Translations under genes and position numbers: made by a program
Shown: piece by piece, positions 13,174-25,410 of the stretch
Layout: every line of letters starts with the position of its first letter
Numbering within the stretch: position 1 is the stretch's first letter
From: Antedon mediterranea
Taxonomy: Eukaryota; Animalia; Echinodermata
Assembly: GCF_964355755.1 (NCBI RefSeq)
Contig: NC_092675.1
Span: 7,249,812-7,313,811, forward strand
Reading direction: 5' to 3'
Length of the DNA: 64,000 nt
Notes under the pieces: model-generated
What the model saw: only the letters and a program-made list of their open reading frames with translations
Database searches by the model: none
Told to the model about the DNA's origin: nothing

Positions 13174-13866
13174 CAATACAGTACTTTGCGTCGATACGTT
13201 GCTGCGTTGCGTTCTAGTGGGAAACACGTTTAAGTGCCTGTAAACCAGAGTGGACTGGCGTACCGATCTAATAACAGTAGATAAATAAGGCCCTATACAT
13301 TGCTGCAGTCGCGTGCGCAAATTTGAGTTAGTGATTACCGACCGACCGACCGACCGATCGACATAGTGAGCTATTCAGAGTCGCGTTGCACGCGACTGAA
13401 ATGAAGCAATGCAGCAATGTAATGATATTATAATATAATATCTTATAATGGATATTACAACAACCACCCAATTTCATTGTAAATGAAAAACTGATATATA
13501 CTCATAATGATAATGAATATCAATACAGTACTTTGCGTCGATACGTTGCTGCGTTGCGTTCTAGTGGGAAACACGTTTAAGTGCCTGTACACCAGAGTGG
13601 ACTGGCGTACCGATCTATAACAGTTAGATAAATAAGGCCATATAAATGGCTGCAGTCGCGTGCGCAAATTTGAGTTAGTGTTTACCGACCGACCGACATA
13701 GTGAGCTACCGTATTAAGAGTCGCGTTGCACGCGAATAAAATGGAGCAATGCAGTGACATCTAGGCCATGTAATGATATTATAATATAATATCTTATAAT
13801 GGATATTACGACAACCACCCAATTTCATTGTAAATGAAAAACTGTAATATGCTCATAATGATAATG
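13174..13866. repeat. Local tandem duplication (~347-bp unit x2) spanning a family-B MITE end and a Helentron-like fragment
   Basis: CAATACAGTACTTTGCGTCGATACG at 13174 and 13521, colinear through ...CTCATAATGATAATGA. Confidence 0.9.
13303..13400. mobile_element. Helentron-associated (HINE/DINE-1-like) non-autonomous element end; copies at ~13651-13740 and ~61523-61615
   Basis: (CCGA)n microsatellite followed by the hairpin AGTCGCGTTGCACGCGACT and an A-run; three copies in the window. Confidence 0.45.
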
Positions 13867-14974
13867 ATGTGGTTATTTCAATGATGAAGTATGAATAATA
13901 AATATGGTCAATACATTTGTTTTGATTAAGATAAAACTCGTTGTTGTTGCTGTTTTCATTGTGCCAAAACAGATTCTAAACAAAATCTTCACATATTGAT
14001 CGTAAAAGTTATGTCGCGCAAACAATTACTCATAGTTGCCGAAGGCGCAACCAATTCGCAAATATCTATGTTAATATTTTATAGAGAGTATTTTAGAAAA
14101 TGGTAGTAATTATGATATTGCATGACAACGTGACTAGGCCTAATATAGGCTACTCCTACTATTCGTACTGATAATATTCAATTGTAAATGTATCGTCTGG
14201 GGACAATAGTATTTTGATGAGAAACAAGCACGTAATAAAAATGAGTTTAAAGATTTTCCACACAAGAAGATTCTGTCAATGTGTCTATTGTTTCACTTGT
14301 CTGTTATTGTATCGTTTATTTTAGCATGTGATGAGATCTACAACTCAAACTCAGTGTTGCGGAAGCTTTCAATTCACCTGCGTGTCTCTGTACTCGCCTC
14401 ATTAAATCCAGTTCAAATCGTTGCAATGAAAAACGCTTATTTAATTATGAAGGATTTATTATAATACACAGAACCAATCTACTATCAATATCTTATTGTC
14501 GTTTGATAGATTCTCAAAATCTTATATCCTACATGAAAATGAATACGGTACATTACGCTTCGTCTATCGTTAACAACGTCTAGTGCCGATACTGTTATAT
14601 AATTTTTCTGGATAGATAGACCTACTGTTATTTTCATCAATTGACGTCAACAAAAGTTGCATGCACGTAGGCCCTATATTGTTATATTGCAGTTAAATAT
14701 GAAAAACGCAAAGGAAGAGGATTTGAATGGAATAATTGAGGATTTAGTAGAATTAGCGTCCACGTTGGCCAGTTTTGTAATTTCTTCATTTCTTTTATGT
14801 TATCTTAATTAGGATGAATTTTCTAGATCTAGATATTAGGCTATTTGATTGATGCAGAATTTAGGAATTTTTAAAAAGTAATCTTAAACCAGCGTCCAAT
14901 ACGTAAACAGTGAGTCATCTTCCTATTATAGTCAATTTTACCTATCCGTTTCGGTGATTGGTTAAAATTACTAA

Positions 14975-15308
14975 AGCTTGGTTCCCACTAGGACGTAACT
15001 CAAGGACGTAAACGCAACGCACGCGTTTTAACCAATGACAAGCGAAGTTATAGACAGTAAAGTGTGGTTCCCACTTAGTGACGCAACACAAGGACGTAAC
15101 GCAACGCAAGTGAATTGACCAATCACAAGCGATGGCTTATTCGCTTGTGCATTGGTTAAAACGCTTGCTTTGCGTTTACGTCCTTGCGTTACGTTCTAGT
15201 GGGAACCAAGCTTTAGCAATCACAAGCGAATAAGCCATCGCTTGTGATTAGTCAATTCACTTGCGTTGCGTTACGTCCTTGTGTTGCGTCGCTAGTGGGA
15301 ACCACGCT
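14975..15308. mobile_element. Harbinger-like MITE family A with a second, internally deleted family-A copy (15061-15212) inserted in it
   Basis: The host sequence GAAGTTATAGACAG-TTA-GCAATCAC is split by an inner copy flanked TAA/TTA; four TIRs are visible. Confidence 0.85.
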
Positions 15309-16679
15309 ACTTTGTGCATAACGTGTGTGTTGCGTCGTCTTTCTAGTGGACAAAGATTCAAAATTCTGTTGTCGAGTCGTTAACGTTTGGAGAATTGGTT
15401 ATATTAAAGACATTATTACTTTACTTAGTGCATGTACACCGTGGTATTTTCATATTAAACAAAATTAATTGTGTGTGTACTATAAAGTAGTGACTGGTAG
15501 CCACTTTCAGAATAGTATATAAAACTATTAACCGTTCATAGTAAAGTATTCAAAATTAATAACATTTCAAAATTGGAGCCGTGCGGAAAATTGTTAACAG
15601 TTCAAACTAGGTATAATTGCAATAGGCATAATTAACAGAATGACGGGTTGCTAAGAAATGTCACTAAACTCATTAGATCGAGTAAGCAATTGAGCGTTAA
15701 GCAAGGAAAGTACTGATGTCTCGTAAAATCATTTTCAAGAGAAAATATCAACATTGCGAATTTTGTTTATTGATCTTTAGCTAAAAATAAGTCCAAAGAA
15801 AGAGATGACTTGCTTAATCGCAGTTTTGGCGCTATTTAGAAATCATCGTGAGTAGTACTCGCAACAAACACTTACCATTGGTTAATCGATTAATATCCAT
15901 ATCCACGCGCCATCCATCGTAAGCGTGCTATTGGTTTTGACTCTTACTATACGTGCTTAAACGTAAATGATCATACATCATAGTATACCACTAAATCTTA
16001 TCTGGAGACGTTCTGTTAATGCTAATATCTATAATTTTAAACAAAAATTGTACAGAAATAACTCCTTCGTGTTGTTGGAATTAAATAAAATTCAAAAGAT
16101 GATTAGAAAACTATAACAATGTATGCGGTATACTTGGTTATCTATATGCAAATCATTTTTTTAAAGAGATTTTAACTTTAAAAAAAATGTAATTCAGGTA
16201 GTCTAATCTTGAATTTACAGGCTGATCGAATTGGGTGAATCCCACAATACAACTAATTTTTTTGATTCTCATTTTTGATTTCTTATTATTTGATTATTAT
16301 TTTCAGGAATGAGAAAAAAACAACTGCAAAAATATAGCAAATGAAACAATAGGCCTATAGCAGATTTATTTGGAAGTTTATATATATTTTCATAAATGAG
16401 ACTACACCATCATCGATGCTACTATTCTTTTATATCATGAAATAAATGAGTTAAACAAACCCAACAATTGCTGGTCTCCTTAATTTCTTGAATGCAAACC
16501 AAGTTTGCGCAATTGTCATAATAATTGTGTATACTAATCATACTTACTGCGCATGTGTCTTTTTTTTCTTTTTACCGAACGCAAAATAAAATTCGAGAGT
16601 CCACCCGATGAAATATAGCTGTAGGAACATATCTTGTTAATACACTGGACAGCACCACATGTATGTAAATTATCGAATA

Positions 16680-16799
16680 TGTTTGAGTTTTTTTTTCTAC
16701 GGAAGTGATTAACTTTATTAAAACTATATACAGAATAACCTATTCAAAGTCTGAATTAATTAATCTTCATTTTTCATGTTTTTGGGGGACAATACATCT
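16680..16799. mobile_element. Kolobok-like MITE fragment (one end)
   Basis: Ends GGGGGACAATACATCT followed by TTAA; reverse complement of the element at 47092-47407. Confidence 0.6.
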
Positions 16800-18444
16800 T
16801 TAAACTTAAATTTACCGTAATAAAAAAAAAGTTTGAGTTATTATATTTCAAAAGTGCTGTTGTACATTAGCTGTATAAGGTACTGTATGTTTTTCATCTC
16901 TAAAATATTTGGTAATAACAAACTTCTAAAGTATATCAAAGCTCGTTTAATTTGCTCATTGAATTCAAACTGCGATCAAACAATTATAGGCATATACAAT
17001 GTCGCTTAGATAGTAAAGAAGGCCTGCTTATTAAATGACAGGGGATCAAAGCGTTAATTTCCCTGGGAGCATCATAATAAACGTGTCAAACGAAACACCA
17101 GTAGGCCTAGAATTAAATTAACTTTAATGCGATCATCTTACCAAACTGCTCTGTTTGGAACGTTACATTTTACAACCTGCGCCAAGGGCCATGGTTTATT
17201 TTAAAAAGAAGATCACAAACTGAGAGTGTATACATCTGTGGATACTAATGTAACGGGTCATTGTAACCAATGGTATGTCGTTTATTTAAATTGAATATTA
17301 GACAATTAATGCCTCACAGTTATACCTTACATTCATAATGGAAGAATACAATATAGAACCCCTCCTGTGGGACACCCGGACATTACCTACATAATTATAT
17401 GGGGAAACTTTCCCTTCAACGAATAATGAGCAGAGGACAATTTGAATTGGTTATGTATGATTTTTGCTAACGCAATTTTTGTTCGGACGCAACATGCATG
17501 GAGTGCGTATGAAGATCAGCAGTTGTCTGTTTTTAATACATTTTTAATGTTTTATCAATCAGGAAGTGTAGACGATGGTTCTCGGTATGATAATGGGTCG
17601 GGGTCGGGTAAAAGGGTTTTAAAAGGACGTTATGGCCTGCGCGTTTTCGGTCTGTTAAAAAGGTTTTAGAAGGACGTTCTCATTGTACGTATTTTCTCGG
17701 TTATCCTTATTGAAATGCTTGATATTCTTAAAACTAAAAACTAAAAACACAGTGTCTTAGATTTCTAATAACATTTAAAAGTATAGTGTTGTTTGGTAGG
17801 GCCCTTATAGAGCTAGTGGTCCGAGGTGGGAAGGCGAATTTCATTTGAGGGAGGTGCTTATTCGAGAGATACGTTGTTTTAGTTTTAATAATATGGTAAC
17901 ATTTATAATCAAATAAAATCCACTAGTAGATATTAAAAGTGGTAAAAAAAGAATAACAAATGCTTGGTCATTGTAGATAACAGTCTGATAAATTCTACTA
18001 CAAATAATCAATACCACACTGTAAATGAATGTACTTTAATTTCAATAATTTGTTTATGAAAACAGACAGTGGAGATAATGTAAACATTACTTGTTGTATG
18101 TATCTTATGTTTATGTAAACAAATTATTTCGGAAATAAAATAAATTAATCCAAAACATGATTTGGTATATGTACACGATGCAATAATTGGCACACAATAC
18201 TTCGATTGTTGTTTAATAAAAGGAACTCTATTTCAAGAGTTTATTAATATTACCACTGTCCACCAGCAATGTGTAATTACAGCAAGATACAGTATATTAA
18301 AATAATGATGATAATAATAATTAAGTTTATCAAGCGTACATAATGATAATGATCTCTAAATTGATTTTTATTAGTGTACACGTGTATGTTGTAAAGCTAT
18401 TATGCCAGCAAATATTAATTTGACGGTAAAGGTATACTTAATAA

Positions 18445-18623
18445 AGCGTGGTTCCCACTAGCGACGCAACGCAAGGACGTAACGCAACGTAAGTGAATTG
18501 ACCAATCACAAGTGATGGCTTATTCGCTTGTGATTGCTAACTGTCTATAACTTCGCTTGTCATTGGTTAAAACGCTTGCGTTGCGTTTACGTCCTTGCGT
18601 TACGTTCTAGTGGGAACCAAGCT
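18445..18623. mobile_element. PIF/Harbinger-like MITE family A (179 bp)
   Basis: TIR AGCGTGGTTCCCACTAG / CTAGTGGGAACCAAGCT; TAA TSD at 18442-18444 and 18624-18626; near-identical to 19682-19860 and 45554-45732. Confidence 0.9.
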
Positions 18624-18698
18624 TAATAGAACGTAACGTATTGGATTTTTGTCAGTCGCCCGACGACCTTAGCTCAGTGTGGCTGATTTAAAGATTAG

Positions 18699-19048
18699 TT
18701 TTATTTATTTATTTATTTATTTTATGTCTTTAGGCAATGTGGCCAAAGATTACCAATAGTGAATTAATCACTGTCCTATCAGATAGGTGGTAATCCCCCT
18801 GATACAGGGGCTATTTTGTGAACCAGTTCACCGGGGTACCCCCTACTCTTTTCGAATAATGAACTGGGTTCTTTAAAGTGCACACATGTTATAACTGTGT
18901 ACACTGGACCTACGGTTTATAGTCCTTATCCGAGAGAAACTTGTTCCACCACCAGAACTTGGAGCGAGTCGGCCTCGAACCCTTGCCGATGTTGTTGGCT
19001 CTTTAGGTACGGTAAACGGCACCCCTGCCTTAACCGCTCGGCCATTTG
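18699..19048 (-). mobile_element. tRNA-derived SINE with Deu/Nin-like central domain
   Basis: Minus strand has A box TGGCCGAGCGG and B box GGTTCGAGGCC; central TCGGATAAGGACTATAAACCGTAGGTCC...TTAAAGAACCCA...TTCGAAAAGAGTAGGGGGTACCCCGGTG resembles the DeuSINE domain from memory; (ATAA)n tail. Confidence 0.8.
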
Positions 19049-19681
19049 ACGTTTTCATTTGGACCCAACGCACATGACGTAGTAAGTTAACCAATCACAT
19101 CGTGTCGTGATTGGTCAAATTACTTGCGATGCGCTTACGTCTATGCTTTGCCTCTATGTTTTACAATTTAATGTGAGAAATTTTATTGTCCAAAATAATA
19201 CTCGTGCTGATACCTCCTTTATATCATCTACTTTAATTTGTCGGGATGCCAAGAGGCAGGTCTGTTGCTGTGAATTAATTCATAGTAGTGTATTAATGGA
19301 CAAACTCATAAACATGGCTTGAAATTTTACTTTTGAAAACAATAGGCTTAACGTCCGCCACACAATTTAATAGGTTAGCGGGATGATTTAGACTTAATTA
19401 AATTTAGGCCTGTTTTCATATCAGGGAATTTTATTCGCCCCTGGTCATAATTATGTACATACGTATGGAATGAAATAATGTATACTGTAGGCTCGAAGGT
19501 ATGAATAATGAACTATAGGCCTATTACACTAAGATATTAGAGCAAATAATTAATTCATGGATACACGAATATACACGACATAATATTGTTAATTGGACTT
19601 TGTATTTTTCACCCGGTTCCTGAAGGTGTCGCCAGGTAGAATGTGACTGACGATTGATAGTCAGGGAGATGTTCCTGTTAA

Positions 19682-19860
19682 ATCGTGGTTCCCACTAGCG
19701 ACGCAACGCAAGGACGTAACGCAACGCAAGTGAATTGACCAATCACAAGCGATGGCTTATTCGCTTGTGATTGCTAACTGTCTATAACTTCGCTTGTCAT
19801 TGGTTAAAACGCTTGCGTTGCGTTTACGTCCTTGCGTTACGTTCTAGTGGGAACCAAGCT
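19682..19860. mobile_element. Harbinger-like MITE family A
   Basis: Full-length copy, abutting a family-B copy across a TT spacer. Confidence 0.9.
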
Positions 19861-19862
19861 TT

Positions 19863-20235
19863 AGCGTGGTTCTCACTAGCGACGCAACGTAAAGCTGATT
19901 TTCCACTAGGCGAATTTGTTAGCGCGAATCGAAAGCGTCAGCTTATACGCATGCGTATTCATGTTTCCATCTTCCAAATCCCTATCTACGCATGCGTATA
20001 ACCTGACGCATTCGATTCGCTCGAACAAATTCGCCTAGTGGAAAATCGGCTTTACGCAACCTACGCAACGTAAGAAAATGCCCTTCCAATAATTGTGTTT
20101 TCCCCCGTCTGCATGAAATCAAATGTTTGCGGCACTATTGCGTCGTCGGTTCCCACTTGTGATTACACAATACAACACTTTGCGTCAATACGTCGCTGCG
20201 TTGCGTTACGTTGCGTCGCTAGAGGGAACCATGCT
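19863..20235. mobile_element. Family-B MITE interrupted by a nested palindromic Harbinger-like MITE (19893-20051)
   Basis: Inner TIR AGCTGATTTTCCACTAGGCGAATTTGTT / AACAAATTCGCCTAGTGGAAAATCGGCT, flanked TAA/TTA, splits the host GACGCAACG-TAA-CGCAACC. Confidence 0.85.
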
Positions 20236-20714
20236 TTCGGAATAGCCAGGCTATGTGGTCTGCTGTTTTATTTTTACATCTCATGTACATGTATCTAGAA
20301 ACGGGTCTTGCTATTAAGGTACTTTTAATATATGTTTCATACATCGCTCCATACATTCACACATGGTCTATACATGGACCTAGTGACATCTAACATTGAT
20401 CTACCTATAGACAACTGCAGAATCGGGTGTGTTTTTTCTGATTTGTGTGTTTTAACTGTAGTGAAATATTATTTTAAAAAGAAAAAGAAATCATGTGGAT
20501 TTGTCATGTCATACGATAAGGCCCACAACATTGTAATTAAGTTCACTGAACAGCATAGTGTAGATTTGTTAATTAATATGTTCATATATACAGTAAACAA
20601 TAGCAGTATGTTCTAATGACAGATTCAATAATGGACACTCCATCATCGTAAAGAAGCTAAATTGCCAATTGACATTACTGTTATGAATGTTGTATATGTT
20701 TGTAAAGTAGATAA

Positions 20715-21076
20715 AGCATGGTTCCCACTAGAACGCAATATATTTACGCAAAGAGCCGTAAGAATATAGTGCACGTCGTATATAAATGTGATCGGAGAAA
20801 ATTCTGTTTAGGTATGGACAATTGGAACATTACAGCCGCATTACATTAATGATTGATAATGATATTCAAAAACAATTAAAACGTCTAGAAAGGTTGTAAT
20901 TGATGAGGAATGAGATTAAAAGTGTTTCATTACGACGTCATAAAATCACTTTACCGGAGACCACGGTGCCAAAGTTAACACTCCAATCACAACGCGATGA
21001 AACTATCGCTCGTGGTTCACTTGAGTTGCACGATGAAATCCGTCACTATTATACTGTGCCTAGTGGGATCCCAGGT
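20715..21076. mobile_element. Older, longer MITE with the same GGTTCCCACTAG TIR
   Basis: AGCATGGTTCCCACTAG ... CTAGTGGGATCCCAGGT with an unrelated interior. Confidence 0.45.
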
Positions 21077-21101
21077 TGTTTCCTATTATAAGCTTGGTTC
21101 A

Positions 21102-21314
21102 AGCGTGGTTCCCATCACTAGCGACGCAACCTTCGCAACGTAAGAAAATGCCCTTCCGATAATGGTGTTTGCCCCCGCCTGCGTGAAATCAAACCTGCGA
21201 CTTTGCAGCAATGTTGCGCCGTCGGTTTTCCACTTGTGATTACGCAATACAGCACGTTGCGTCAATACGTCGATATGTCGCTGCGTTACGTTGCGTTCTG
21301 ATGGGAACCACGCT
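21102..21314. mobile_element. Family-B MITE inserted in an older family-A-related MITE (~21091-21462)
   Basis: TCA TSD at 21099-21101 and 21315-21317; TIRs present. Confidence 0.8.
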
Positions 21315-22235
21315 TCAGACGCAGCGGAATGAGGTAGACGCAACGCAAACGACTTAAATATTGATAAATGGCAGTTCAAATAATCCATCGCTTGTTGATT
21401 GGTCAACGAATCATTTACGTTGCACTTACATCCTTGCGTTGCGTCGCTAGTGGGACCCAAGCATAATGCTCAACGCAAGGACGTACTCGCAACGCACAGT
21501 GGTCGGATCAATCTACCTGCGTTTCTCCTTGCATTTTGTCCTAGTGGGAACCACCCTTAACTGAGTAAACATGACTGGTTAATTATTGTAGACCTATTTA
21601 ATACACCGGTCATTTGATATACGTCATGCGTTCCGTCCATGCTTTACCGAGGAAGTAGACTGAAACTTAATGAACGGTAAACGCTTGGTTTATTTTTCGG
21701 AGAATTCAGTTATTTATATTAAACACTAAAACCAGATGAAATTATTTACACATAATGGTTGTTTAAATGTGTTTATTGTTTTCCTGAATTGGACAACGAA
21801 CTTTATTTTTGTAAAGAAAAACTTAAATCAATTTATTCATAAAGATTGAGTATTTGTAGTCAATAACTTTTTATTCCTTCTTGATACACAATGTCTCTGC
21901 CATTATATTTATATCATCTACACACATATAAACTTATACCCAATGCACCGGTAACAAAATAGCAGGTTTATCACGTACAGCCAGACTCTTTTTTAGATGA
22001 CTTGCAATAATATTTCAGACTCTATCTAGTGAAAACTACAGAATCGGGTGAAAGTAGTATGTTTTGTAAGTAATGCAGGTCGTTTTAAACTTATGCTGGT
22101 GGGTTTTTGAGAATTCACCTTTTGGGGGAAAAAAGGCAATACAGGGTAGACAGGAAGCATGAAGGTATATATGTAGGAAGTATGATGAATCAATTTGGAA
22201 TGATGATTGTAAAACGCTGATTATTGTCAACGTTA

Positions 22236-22441
22236 AGCGTGGTTCCCACTAGCGACGTAACGTAAAGCAAACGACGCAACGTAAGAAAATGCCCTTCAAA
22301 TCATTGTCTTTGCCCCCGCCTGCGTGAAATCAAACCTGCGATTTTTGCAGCATTATTGCGTCGTCGGTTCCCACTTGTGATTACGCAATACATTACTTTG
22401 CGTCAATACGTCGCTGCGTTGCGTTCTATGGGAACCACGCT
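22236..22441. mobile_element. Family-B Harbinger-like MITE
   Basis: TIRs; TTA TSD at 22233-22235 and 22442-22444. Confidence 0.9.
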
Positions 22442-22992
22442 TTAGACATGGTACCGTACACAAACATCGGAAAGAGCATTTCATTATAGTAAATATTTTA
22501 GCAAATTATAAATATATAATTTCGTATAACGTAGAAAAGGGTATAAGGTATTTACCGGTAATTATATTATGGTGAACAGTGCATACATTATAGTTATATT
22601 GCGTTAATTAGGGCGTTGATTAAAGATTCGGGTTGACAGTATCCGTCACCAATACCCTAATTAACGCACCCTATCTACAATATTTATCCCCACTTTTGCG
22701 AATAAGGCCGATGAACTCATTTTATTGAATGATTATAAATAAATTGGCGAGCAACACTCGTATAATTAATTACTTTGACACTATAACTTTTAACTAACTA
22801 GTATTAATGGCCATTTTGTTAATTGATTTTGGGGATAATAAGAGGATGAGGTCAATAAGTAGGTCAACAAAAAGTAGCATATTTTATATAAATAATGGAT
22901 GTTTTATGAGTTGAATCCGGGTAATTATCATTGTGCTTGTTCATTCATTCCTAGTTGGAGGAGATTCATTACCGAAGCCTAATGGATATTTA

Positions 22993-23197
22993 AGCGTGGT
23001 TCCCACTACAACGCAACGCAGAGCTGTATCGACGCAAAGTATTGTTTTGCGTAATCACAAGTGGAACCAGACGACGCAATAGTGCTGCAAACATCGCATC
23101 GTTTGATTTTTGACACGCAGGCGGGCAAACACAATTATTAGAAGGGCATTTGCTTACGTAGATTGCGTTACATTGCGTCGCTAGTGGGAACCAAGCT
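22993..23197. mobile_element. Family-B Harbinger-like MITE (opposite orientation to 22236-22441)
   Basis: TIRs; TTA TSD at 22990-22992 and 23198-23200. Confidence 0.9.
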
Positions 23198-23427
23198 TTA
23201 TGGGTTGATTAAGTTTCCTCTTTGTACTAATAAGGATTTATTTCAAAACCTTCATATACCTCTGTCACTATAGATTACTATTATGTACAACCATAGATAT
23301 GCTACATTTTAAATGATATTTAATTACAACCACGAAACCTACCAATTCCAAGTTGGATTGATGTCAAATGCTAGGCTACGGCAAAATGACGGTACTCATA
23401 TTTTGGACACAGATCAGAACATGAGAC

Positions 23428-24180
23428 GGCGTACTATCGTCCGGCATACTATCGCCCGGCACATTATCGCCCTGCACACTATTGTCCCACACACTATCGT
23501 CCGGGGTACTATCGTCCGGCACACTATCGTCCGACACACTATCGCCCGGCGCACTTTTGTCCGGCGCACTATCGTCCGGCACACTATCGCCCGGCACTAT
23601 ATCGTCCGGCACACTATCGCCCGGCACACTATCGTCCGGCATACTATCGTCCGGCACACTATCGACCGGCATACTATCACCCGGCGCACTATCGGCCGGC
23701 GCACTATCGTCCGGCACACTATCGGCCGGCACACTATCGTCCGGCACACTATCGCCCGGCACGCTATCGTCCGGCATACTATTGCCCGGCGCACTATTGT
23801 CTGGCACACTATCACCCGGCGCTCTATCGTCCGGCAAACTATGGCCCGCGGTGCACTATCGTCCGGCACACTATCGCCCGGCGCACTATCGTCCGGCACA
23901 CTATCGCCCGGCATACTATCGCTCGGCACACTATCGCCCTGCGGACTATCAACCGGCACACTATCGTCCGGCACACTATCGTCCGGCATACTATCGCCCG
24001 GCGCACTGTCGTTCGGCACACTATCGCCCGGCGCACTATCATCCAGCACACTATCGCCCGGCGCACTATCGTCCGGCCCACTATCGCCCGGCGCACTATA
24101 GTCCGGCACATTATCGCCTGGCGCACTATTGTCCGGCGCATTATCGCCCGACGCACTATTGTCCGGCGCACTATCGTCGG
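23428..24180. repeat. GC-rich 15-bp minisatellite (~50 units, CACTATCG(T/C)CCGGC(A/G))
   Basis: Directly visible; it generates the 5-aa periodic ORFs on both strands. Confidence 0.97.
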
Positions 24181-25262
24181 GATGGAGTTCATTGTCGCAG
24201 GCAGCCTATCGCGTGCACAATGTTTTTACAAGCTGACAATTGAATTGAAAAAAGATTTCTTCCATGATCGAACCAATCATCTTACAATCATATAACTGAC
24301 CATAATAATTATTCCCCTTTCTATTTTCCGTTTTATGTTCGTTAGTTCAACAGTCAATTTAATCGTTTAAGAAAGAATTGATAACAAGATCGTCTTACGA
24401 ATTAGTAGTAAATCAAATTATTAACACTCATCAAACTGAACTAAAATGCATTGATCTTTATAAAATAACAAATATCGTTTAACCACTAATATGCGAATTA
24501 GATTTAAATCGAGGTTAATTAGTAATTAATATATTAAATTGGTTATGATGCTAATAAAGTCTGCATTAAAATCAATGAATAAGTTTGCCTTGTTAAAGTG
24601 CATTTTAGATGGGTAATGTGAAGTATATCGATTATCAACCATAGTCAGCGAAAAGTGGTAATTGGCACAGGTTTCATGAAAGACCAGGTTTCATGAAAGA
24701 CAACCTGGTTGGTGTGGAGGTTGAGAAACCATTATAATAGATATAAAAATATGCATTTATTTCTTGATATTAGAGGTTTTACAAATAAACATAGCGTATA
24801 ATACATCACGCAGTGCATCCGATTCTTGGTGCCGTACTTCATATTTCTCAAGTATTATTTTGCATTGGTTATACAATGGGGAGTGTAATGGATGGAGCGG
24901 GATGCCTGTGACACATCTCGGTTGACATTGATGTAGAAATGGACGGATTGGGGCCGGGCCGACGCATTAGAGAGTCTTCTGGTTGCATGCCGTCTTTTTT
25001 AAACATTTATAGTATATGCTAGTAGGCCTACAGATATTTTTTTCCCTCATTAAAATTGTAGGTCTAATGCGTTATATATTACGGCAAACTTTCATTTGTC
25101 CAATTTACTTAATATTATTACTATTACATCATTACACCGTATAATCTTTAAAAAAAAAAACTTTGACGAGAGTTACAAATCATCAACACAGAATAGTATC
25201 TGTCACACTATAATAAAAGATTGTGTATAATGCTATAACCAAAATATAACGTTGCAGAAACG

Positions 25263-25410
25263 ATTGGTTCCCACTTGGACGCAACGCAACGCAACGCAAA
25301 GTGATTTGAACAATCACAGGCGATAGATCATTCGAACAATCGCCTGTGATTGGTCAACTCGCTGGTGTTGCGTCTACGTCCTTTCGTTGCGTCATACTGG
25401 GAACCATGCT
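25263..25410. mobile_element. Diverged family-A-related MITE
   Basis: TTGGTTCCCACT ... TGGGAACCATGCT with palindromic CAATCACAGGCGAT / ATCGCCTGTGATTG arms. Confidence 0.7.

Noticed and set aside
18960-19048. tRNA gene
   Set aside because: It has A and B boxes, but I could not fold a cloverleaf and it continues into a SINE body and tail.
22600-22668. Small hairpin (TGCGTTAATTAGGG ... CCCTAATTAACGCA) as a pre-miRNA
   Set aside because: There is no expression or conservation evidence; it is more likely a tiny MITE remnant.
23313-24243. 262-aa and 253-aa ORFs as genes
   Set aside because: They lie almost entirely within a 15-bp minisatellite that is open on both strands; no splice structure or unique domain.
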